In this document: positions 55,070-64,000 of the stretch, in pieces
Layout: each line of letters opens with the position of its first letter
How positions within the stretch are numbered: position 1 is the stretch's first letter
Assembly (NCBI RefSeq): GCF_018977255.1
Contig: NW_024704743.1
Coordinates: 115,446,001 to 115,510,000 of the forward strand
Direction: 5' to 3'
Length of the DNA: 64,000 bases
From: Callorhinchus milii
Taxonomy: Eukaryota
Program-made: the position numbers and the translations under genes
Notes under the pieces: generated by a model
The model's database searches: none
What the model was told of the DNA's origin: nothing
What the model saw: only the letters and a program-made list of their open reading frames with translations

Positions 55070-55615
55070 CCTATTAAGCATCTTGTATACCTCCAAAGGT
55101 TCCTCTAAAATGACTTTTCAAGTTTGGAAAGCTATTATTTAGTTATTCTTCATAACTTATCCTTCTAACACTGAATATTCATCCTTGTTGTTCTCCTTTG
55201 CGTTCACTATAAGCCCTAAGCAGCCACCTTATGTATGGCAACCAGAAATGTAAAAAATGCTTCAGAGGCAACCTGACCAAAGCACTGTGCAACCGGCTGG
55301 TACATGGGAAGCAAGTGAACCAACTGTGCACACCTTCACTCAATGAAACTCCTAGTGCAATTGTGTTGTAAGTGATTTTGCTTGATGCTGTTGTGTATTA
55401 TAACAGGGATGCACTGTATATTCCAGTATCCCATTTGCTGTGTTTATTGCTGCCTCACACTGTATGGACATAGCGCAACTGTCCAGACTGCAGCCTTTGG
55501 TTTCTCTACATTTTCCTTGGGAAGTTGTTCTCCAACAATGGAGTAGATGTGCCACCTTATTTAATTTTCTTTTGGTAGTGCTTTGCATTGATCTAAGTTG
55601 AACTTCATTTGCCAA
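55070..55615 (-). mobile_element. Highly decayed CR1 fragment
   Basis: WQMKFNLDQCK and QCEAAINTANGILEY readings on the minus strand. Confidence 0.6.
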
Positions 55616-56127
55616 TGATCATTCTGGTGCATACCCTGTTGAATATGTAAGTGTTTTCTGTGAACTGTTAATCTAATTCCTGTCAGAATCAACAAATAAA
55701 TGGAAAGGTACTCCACAGTTTTGAAAAAAATTGCTCCTAATTAATAAATGGGAAGCAATGGGCCATAAATCTTTGTATGCTTCCTGTTAGTGCTGGTCAT
55801 TGTAAGTAAACTAAATGCATAATTCATTTTTCCTCTTCTTCAACCCTTCTATTTCTCCACCCCCACACAAATACATACATACTCACCTTTCTCATGAAAC
55901 AACTTTGATCTGACACCATAACCAAACAGCCTGGAAGAAAGGGTGACATCATTCAAATAACTGGGGAAAGTGTGTTTGAGTGGCAGGCAGCCGTGGGATT
56001 TGAACTTATGACCTGGTTGTGAGTGGAGCATTCATACTGGAGCTGTTGTGTGGACATTTCCCACTTATTTTATTTAATACTACAATATTGCTGTGCAAAG
56101 CCTTTTAGCATCACCAGAGTACCTTGG

Positions 56128-56360
56128 CCTTTCTCTTTGACCGTGCCTTCAGCTCCCCTCTCGACTCTCTTCCCCCTCTTCGCTCCCTCCCTTCTCTCCC
56201 CTCACCCTGACCATTTCCCCCCTCCTTGCTCCCTCCCTTCCCTCCCCTCACCCTGACCATTTCCCCCCTGCTCGGGTCATGACCCAACTGTGCAGCGCCT
56301 TGGGACGTCCTCCTGACGTGAAAGGCGCTTTATAAATGGAATCTTGTTGTTGTTGTTGTT
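56128..56360 (+). mobile_element. L2 3' stub with internal duplication
   Basis: Near-identical to 23366-23591; possible TSD ttggc. Confidence 0.9.
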
Positions 56361-57408
56361 GGCAAGAAGGTGTATAGTATTTATAACAATTTAGCAACTG
56401 CGGCATTCCCTAAGTTTCGATTAAAGTTTTTAGATGTTCCAGCCACCTCCATTTCTAATATTACTCATTACTTATGATGGTCCACAACCAAAAATGAAAT
56501 TTCTTTTCGAAAAATGAATTTTTCACTGATACAAGACATTATGCATAACTATATTGTGCCAGTTCTTGATAACTAGGCGCAATTACAGAACAGCCTTGGG
56601 GAATTAGAAGGCATGTAATGTGCCTGATACAGAATAGTTTTATGAATTACAAAAGGAGCCTTTTAGTTGAAGATGTATTTTTTTAAGAAAAAGGCTCACC
56701 TAGTGGTAAAATCACTTGAACAGTTCATGGGAAAGTTGATTTGGAGTACAGATTGCTGCCTTTATTTGGCACCTGCATGCCTTGAAGCGATATGCAGATA
56801 GGGAGGTTTGGTAATAATTCTAGGAAAGTAAGGTTTTGCAGAATCAGTGTTTCATCAAAAACAGCTTCAGAAGGCCTCAGAGCTCTGAAGTATGAATGAG
56901 AAATAGCCAGGGTCCCCACTCCGTATTGTTTTTATCAAACAATCCTTGCTGGAAGGTTTATGTGACAATCAGGTGAGAGCAGGATTAGGGTTGATTTCTC
57001 CCCCTTCACCACCCCCCTCTCCCCCCTGCACTGAACAGCATGCCAACATTCACTGTCTTGGCTCATATAAAGAATGCTCATTTGAGTAAGATATTGGTGG
57101 GCTGCTGATTCCCATGAAACTTGCCCCAGCATGAATTGGCCACCTGAGCAGAGGGGGCATATTTCTATTAAATCATTGACTCATGGATTGTGTGAGATTG
57201 AGTTTCATGTTACTATATTAATCTTCATGAAAGGCGCAATACAAATTTAATTTTGTTATTGTTTATGAAACGCTTGTTACTGTAAAAATACTTGATTAAA
57301 CCATTTTGGGTTAAAATTTCTATGCTCAACTGTGTAGGGCCATGTAAAACTGCATACACTTCTTTCAGTCTGTTTTTGTTACTTCTTTACCATGTTGCTT
57401 TCCTTCAG

Positions 57409-57411
57409 CTG
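57409..57411 (+). other. 3-nt microexon candidate (CTG)
   Basis: About 45-nt pyrimidine-rich tract ending ttgctttccttcag|CTG|gtaaga, with a TGC just upstream of the acceptor. Confidence 0.5.
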
Positions 57412-58399
57412 GTAAGACTGCCTACTCAAGTTTTTGTTGTGGGTACTGCTCTCGGTGTTCTGTAGTTGCTGATGATATGTATTTTTGCAAGGATCCATAT
57501 TTCCTAGCTCCATCTGGGAACCGTGCCAGTTGCTTTTTACCAATTTAACACTGAGTGTAAAGGTTATAGCCTGTGAAACTCAGTGACGGTATATTTTTTA
57601 TTGAACGTATAATCTTCACTCTGGGTTATAATGTGTTTGGAATTAACCCATTACAATATAATGTTGACATTCCGAAAAGTAAGTAATTGTAATTTGGAGG
57701 CAGAAATTTCATCAAGGGTTTCAGATACAATAAATCACAAGGGTGAAGCTTATAAGCAAAGCTTATACCATTTGCTGAGTTCCTTATATTTTTGTTTTAA
57801 TAAAATGTTCTGTGATTTTTTTTAAAAAAAGGGTCTGTTTCAAAATCCTTCAATCCAGAATTAATTCTAGATTTAAGGAATTAAATGCCATACTACATTT
57901 TGTCATGCACTTGGGAGTTGTTCCCAGCCACTGGAAACCTAACTAGCATTGCTCTGAATTCAAGAAATCATATTTTCATTAATACTGAGCTATAAAAATC
58001 ACCTTATCAAGCAGAGGTACCATAATTGCTGGATTCCAAAGTATTACGCATTGTGCTCAGCTCGGTTTTAATGATTTTTTTGTGTTTATTAATTATAGAA
58101 TTTGCATGCTACCATTGTTTTAGTCTGACCAAATTCATTAAAGGGGCATCTGGCATGTTCAAAGTGAAGACCCCAAGATCAAAAGGTTGTATATGTTAAA
58201 AAGACTTCTTTGGAAATGATCTTTTCAGTATTTGTCTTAGGCACCTGCTCTCATATTGTGTGGAAAGTTATCCTTTATGGGAAAGAAATGATCTGTTATG
58301 AAGTTTCATTTTAAGGAAATTTATGCGCATCTATACTCCGTGGGCTTGAATTTGCATTCAGAATTTAGTTTCTATATCAAACGGAGCTGTCTTTATGCA

Positions 58400-58940
58400 T
58401 GCAAGGTGGCATGCCTGGCAATGGAATGTCAGAATCGAGCCAGTCCTCTATGGCAGTCTCAGTAGTCCAGTTCCTGAGCCAGGTGGATCCGTAGTATTCT
58501 AGTGCATTGCTGAGGATAGCACAACCAGACTGGCTCATCGGCAGGACCTGGAAGAGCAGACCAGTTACAGAGGACAGTGAGTCATCCCACTCAGCTCCTG
58601 TTATCCCTGTAAACCAAAGCCCTAACCGGTAGGGTGGTCCTAGCTGGACAAGCAGCGGGAAAGCTTGCCAGACATCGATATCAATGGCAAGCTATGCGGT
58701 TTTAGCTGGTTAGATTCCCAACACACACTCTGGGGTCCCCAAGCCTTGGCTTTTGCCAACCTGCGCCTAATACTTTCCGGAATTGGGTAAGCAGGATGCG
58801 TCCCTCCAGAGAGAGAGTGAGCATTCCAACAATAAATCTCGGGGATTTCCATGTGTAGGTGGGATGCATGGAATTCTCAGTTTGGTTTGGATACTCTTAA
58901 GCATAGTGATGGGTTTCCGCATGTGTCAGACACCCCAAAA
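58400..58940 (+). repeat. Unclassified interspersed repeat (longest + strand copy)
   Basis: Aligns by eye to about 1950-2190(-), 15033-15245(+), 31770-32088(+) and 62146-62535(-); core ggggtccccaagccttggc...cctaatac...gaattgggtaagcagg. Confidence 0.8.
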
Positions 58941-60574
58941 AACTGCTCAAATTAGATTGCTGGACGGCATTTCCTATCCCAATAGGAATAAATTACATCT
59001 CCAAATAATGTTGCATATGATCTTTACCTTTCTATTCAATTAATGTTCAAAAACAAAAAACATGTTTGCAAGGTGGAATTCTGGAGTGAAGCGCTCAACA
59101 ACAACAAAATTTACAACGCTCAGACGTTGAAGGGCACTGTACAAGAAGCAAGTTGTTGTTAGCCATGTTGGAAAGTTCAAATTGGCGTATGGCTTTAAAC
59201 TTCAGTCTTCTTTTAAAACAGTAGCATTCCCACCTCTCATAGTCATTTACAATATGACTGCTTTGTGCACGATTCTGTTTTGTTCACTGAAGGTGTGCAT
59301 TGTGTTAACAGGTGCTGATAGATGTTCTGCTGTATTCAATTGAAACATGTGGAGCTTGCATTCATGCTCCAAATATTGTATTAGTAAAGTATTAAACCAA
59401 GACACAGTGGATGAGTTAAATATTGTACATTGGATTTACAGTAATTTGGTAAACTTTGCACAAACTCCTTATGCACTTACAAACGTCTGTTGGATCTGAC
59501 TGGTTTGGATAAACTCCAGTTACATTAGTCTGCAGTGCTTTGTTCTCACAAGGTTGTGGCCCGTCGTTGTAGAAATTTTTAAACTATTTTTAAGCTGCAT
59601 TTTTGACACTTCCTGTAAAGTGGAGTGAGAAGGGAAGTGAAATTACAGGATCAACAAGGATCATTACAGCTAGTTTCAATATATTAATACTACACTCAGT
59701 TGTCTTGTTTAAGCTCTGATTACAGAAAGTGGCTTTATTTGTGCTGAGTGGAGCAGAAATGAAATGGGCAGGCATTATTTTGTTCCCTTTGTTGCACGTT
59801 GAGCAGCAGATTACAAAAACGGGAATTAAGTGTGTTTGGTGTTTAAAAGAATCAACGATTCTCCTTTCTACCTCTTCTGCCCCCCCCCCCCCCCCCCCCC
59901 CAACTCACAGCACCATCTTCTCTCTAATTTGTCGAGACTCCAGATCTGTGTGTTCTTACTTTTGGAAATTATGTTTCATTGGAATGTTTTATAAACTCAG
60001 AATTGAAGAGCTTACCAACCTGTTTTTGTTTAAAAAAAATTGTAACATCTTTACATCTAAATCATTTGAAATTACCAGATGTGAAGATGGGTTTTGATGT
60101 TTAAATTGCACGGGTTAGTGATGAGGATACTATTTAATAAGCAGTTACTGGAGAGGGGCGGAGAGAGTGAGGTAAAATTCATGCACTTAATCCAAAGGAA
60201 GTCTAATTCTTTCACTGAAAATCACCTTTTCCAGTCAGTGTAAATGACCATTTTCTTATCTCCATTTTGATACAACTGAACTTCAGCAGATAATCACTCA
60301 GCTAACCAGGCATTATTCAGCCTCCCTGGTGAGCTATTGAAAATTCAGAGCAATTTGAATTCAGTGTACACATGTATTTGCAGCATTCCCTTTTTTTAAA
60401 AAAAAACCTGGTTAGATTACTGCAGGCAATTCTGAGGCCTGCAATGTAAAGAGCTGCCCAGCTCCTGGAGACCATGCAGCGAACAAGAACAATGGTTATC
60501 CCCAGTGTTAGAGGGATGAGCAGTGAGCAATTTGGGTTCTTCAGTCTTAGAAATGGATAGTAATAATTCTTACA

Positions 60575-60820
60575 TTTCCTTGGGCAACTTTTCTTACTCC
60601 ACATACCTGATAATAATCCCTCAAGAAAAAAACAATAATAAATCGGTCATTTTCAATCCACGACTGTCTGTGGGACACTGCAACGCGCAGTTGGCTGCCG
60701 CATTTCGCCAACAAATATATACAGTCAATTCACTTTGCAGTCTATTCTGTGAAGCGCTTTGAGACGTCTAGAAGACGTGAAAAAGCTCTATCAAATGCAA
60801 GGATTATTATTACTATTATT
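60575..60820 (+). mobile_element. 5'-truncated SINE, short subfamily
   Basis: Starts at ccttgggcaa; body and tail present. Confidence 0.85.
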
Positions 60821-61859
60821 ACATTTGGTATTACGCTTTCAGATCTTTAATGTCCGTCTGAACAGGCAGACGGGGCTTCAGTTTAATGCCTCATCCGAAG
60901 GACAGCGTCTCCAACAATGCAGCACACCTCCAGCTCTGCATTGAAGTGTCAAGCTCTTTTTGAGTTTGTGGAGCTTGAACTTGCAATGTTCTGTCTGAGA
61001 GGTGAGAGTGCTATCAAATGAGCCAGGCTGAGACACTTGGAGGTAATGGGAAATATGACTCTTCTATTGTGAAAACTGGTTATTTTACAAATACGCCCAC
61101 AAATTTGCCCACAAAATAGTCAATTAATTTTATAGTATATTCTCTGAAGCGCTTTGAGAAGTCTTTAAGACGTGATAAGGCCCTATGTCAAATGCAAGGA
61201 TTATTATTATTAGAATACGAGTTGCTTCCTGAGGCAGGTTTATTTGAGGCAACCATTAATCAACAACACAAGAAGGTCTGTTGAGACCAAAACCATGAAC
61301 TCGTGTAAAGGACCACTTGGTGAGGTAGTGGGGGAAAAAATGTAGGTTTGGTGTTCTGGAAGGAGATCAAAGGGTGAACGAAGGACCTTTTAATTCATAT
61401 GTCTCTAATTCAAAGTTCAAGTTCATTTGCTATTCAAAAAAAGCTCTTTGAACTTTCTGCCAGTTAATTATTTGCGATATAAAACATTTTTTTAATCACA
61501 TTTCTTTCCAAAATTAGACAGTAAGATCAAGGTAATACTTCAGGAAGGTTAATAAAGTACTCGTGATGCAGGACCTGCAGATGTATGGCATTGTTTGACT
61601 TGTATGACTATTGTTTTGTTTGGAGAGAGTTTCAGGAAAACAAAACATAGTGGTGCAGTCATGTTTAGCACCCTTTCTATTACAAAGATTTATCAACATT
61701 TACATCTTTAATATTCACGTTAAATAGCGAGGTGCTGATAACATCAGGACCTTTCGCTTGGAGGAGTTACTTAGGTAACCAAAAGATGCTCCTGAATAAA
61801 CATAGAGAAACGGTGTTACAACTATATAGGTTTTTTCAGCTCTCACACACTCTGGCTCA

Positions 61860-62058
61860 ATAATAATACTTGCATTTGATATAGTGCTTTTCACGTTGGG
61901 AGGACGTCCCAAAGCGCTTCACAGAACACTCTGTAAAGTGAATTGACTGTATATTTGTGGGCGAACGCGGCAGCCAATTGCGCACAGCAATGTCCCACAA
62001 ACAGTCATGGATTGAAGTGACCAATTTATTATTGTTTTTGGTTTTGGAGGGATTATTA
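61860..62058 (-). mobile_element. SINE 3' half
   Basis: Body and tail with the ctccc-type loop. Confidence 0.85.
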
Positions 62059-63155
62059 AGTGAATTAACACAGTTTCCTCAGATATCATTGGTAGCCAGT
62101 GTTTAAATTATATTTACTTTGCAATTCCACATTTTTTTTTCTTCTATGGAGTGTATGGTACCCCGCTTGCTTAATCCTGGGAAATTTAGGTGTGGTTTGG
62201 CAAAATCCGAGGTTAGGGGACCCCATAGTGGGTGTTGGGGAACTGCTGGTACTTAACCAGCTGAAACCATGCAGCCTACTATTACAATGGGAAGCTTCCT
62301 GTTGCAAGTCCATCTGGAACCACTGCCTGACAGATTATCAGAAGTCAAAATGGGAAGTATCCCAGCCAGTGACTGGGCTTCTCCTCCCAAGTCTTGCCAA
62401 TAAGCCACGCTTCCTGGTCCAATATCAACAGTGCCTTGAAAAACTGTGGACGTGTATGGTTCAGATATTGGATTTCTGAGACCACAGAGGATTGACTCTA
62501 TTTTCAAAATTCCATTGCTAGGCATGTTGCCATGGAGCCAATTCAGCCCAAAAGATTCCCTACCTCCCTCCTTTCCGCTCCCTGTCTTGAGGATAGTCAC
62601 TAGTTGGTCATTAGACATCTGCCAAGCACAGGTTTCAGGTCTCACTGGGAGGATGGCACCTTCCAGCAATTCCTCACAAACTACAGGGTGAGCAGCAAAA
62701 CTCAACATAACATCAAATGCACAAGTGCAATGTCATCATCCTCCTGACCACAGCCTAGACACTGGCCCTATCCATTGAGTGGAGATTCTGCTCCTTGAAG
62801 GGGGGAATTTCAGCAGCAGCAATTAAATAAGTACAGGATTCATCCAATTATTCTCAACCTTCAACATTTTTGTGAAAAAAAAGTTAGTTAAATTGATTTC
62901 TAGGATAGCTCAGTTGGATTCTAGTGGTGATAGTTTCACAATGGAGGACTCAGACTTGCTTTTGAAATCCTAACCCGTTGTTTTGCTAATTGTAGATTAT
63001 TTGCTTTGGCTGAGTGGCAAGTTCTTCCTTCACATCAGCTGATTAGTTATGGGGGGTCTGTCCTATCTTAATGAATTTCTGTGCTGTATGATGAGTACAA
63101 TGTTGGAAAGTCGCTGGGGTGGTCATTCAGATTTTATTAAATAGGGTGAATTAGC

Positions 63156-63925
63156 AGTATTGAATAATGCATTTGTTCATTGTGCTGTCCCTTCATGTTC
63201 CTGAAATATTGCCTGGCTTAGTATCCCTCACCTCCTCTGGATTTGCCTGCATTGAGATTGGGCTTTTCATGCTAATTTACCAGCATTATAATAATAATCC
63301 TTGCATTTGATATAGTGCTTCTCATGTCTTCTAGATGTCTCAAATCGCTTCACAGAATTTACTGTAAAGTGAATTGACTGTATATTTGTGGGTGAAACAA
63401 AGCAGCCAGTCGCGCACAGCAGTGTCCACAAACAGTCGTGCATTGAAGTGACCAATTTTATTGTTTTTCTTTTTCTTGAGGGATTATTATCAGGCCTGTG
63501 GAATGAGGAAACATGTCCAAGGTTTCGCCCTGCCGGGAATTGAGCCCAGGTCTATCGCTTGTTTCACCCACAAAAAAAAACAATTAACTTGATAGTATAC
63601 TCCGTGAAGCACTTTGAGAGGTCTCGAAGACGGGACAAGGCGCTATATTGGCCATATTGGCTGCTGCGTTTCGCCCACAAATATTCAATCAATTACAGTA
63701 ATCAATTACTGTAATCAATTACAGTACATTCTGTGAAGCAACTTGAGACGTCTAGAAAACATGAGAAGCGCTATATCAAATGCAAGTACTATTATTATAA
63801 TGCTGGTAAATTAGCATGAAAAGCCCAACCTCAATGCAGGCAAATACAGAGGAGGTGAGGGATACTAAGGTAGGCTTCAGGAACATGAAGGGACAGCACA
63901 ATGAACAAATACATTATTAAGTACT
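63156..63925. repeat. Long inverted duplication (arms about 63156-63410 and 63657-63925)
   Basis: Each arm has about 130 bp of non-SINE flank plus the SINE 3' end, in reverse-complement orientation. Confidence 0.92.
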
Positions 63926-64000
63926 CAGCTGCCTCTGCCGCTCCAACTACTACCCCCTGCCCATCTCCTCCTCCCACCCCCTACCCACCTCACCCTCCAC

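Noticed and set aside
62253..62708. 151-aa ORF in the unclassified repeat
   Set aside because: No recognisable motif, and the ORF track shows no matching ORF in the 58400 copy.

Overview
Vertebrate genomic DNA, most likely a cartilaginous fish (the tRNA-headed SINE, Deu-type SINE, L2 and CR1 mix fits a chimaera such as Callorhinchus; this is inference). There is no complete protein-coding gene. The window looks like the long 5' intronic region of a + strand gene, which I identify from memory as PTK2 (FAK): an exon at 52765-52810 encodes MERSGCSPFPVCWAK and ends in a phase-1 donor, matching the N-terminal extension MEKSGCSPFPVCWAK-EYDRYLASSKI-MAAAYLDP that I recall from annotated mammalian FAK isoforms. 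Around it are a 27-nt exon, a 3-nt microexon candidate and several candidate alternative first exons. The rest is mostly retroposons: a young 5'-truncated L2, older L2 and CR1 fragments (some nested), two SINE families sharing the L2 3' tail, and an unclassified repeat with five copies. The most notable observations are the FAK 5' exon set, three L2 stubs truncated at the same position, an interleaved A-B-A'-B' inverted repeat, a ~770-bp inverted duplication, and two short hairpins. Nearly all ORFs in the track are spurious or TE-derived. Repeat boundaries were estimated by eye.
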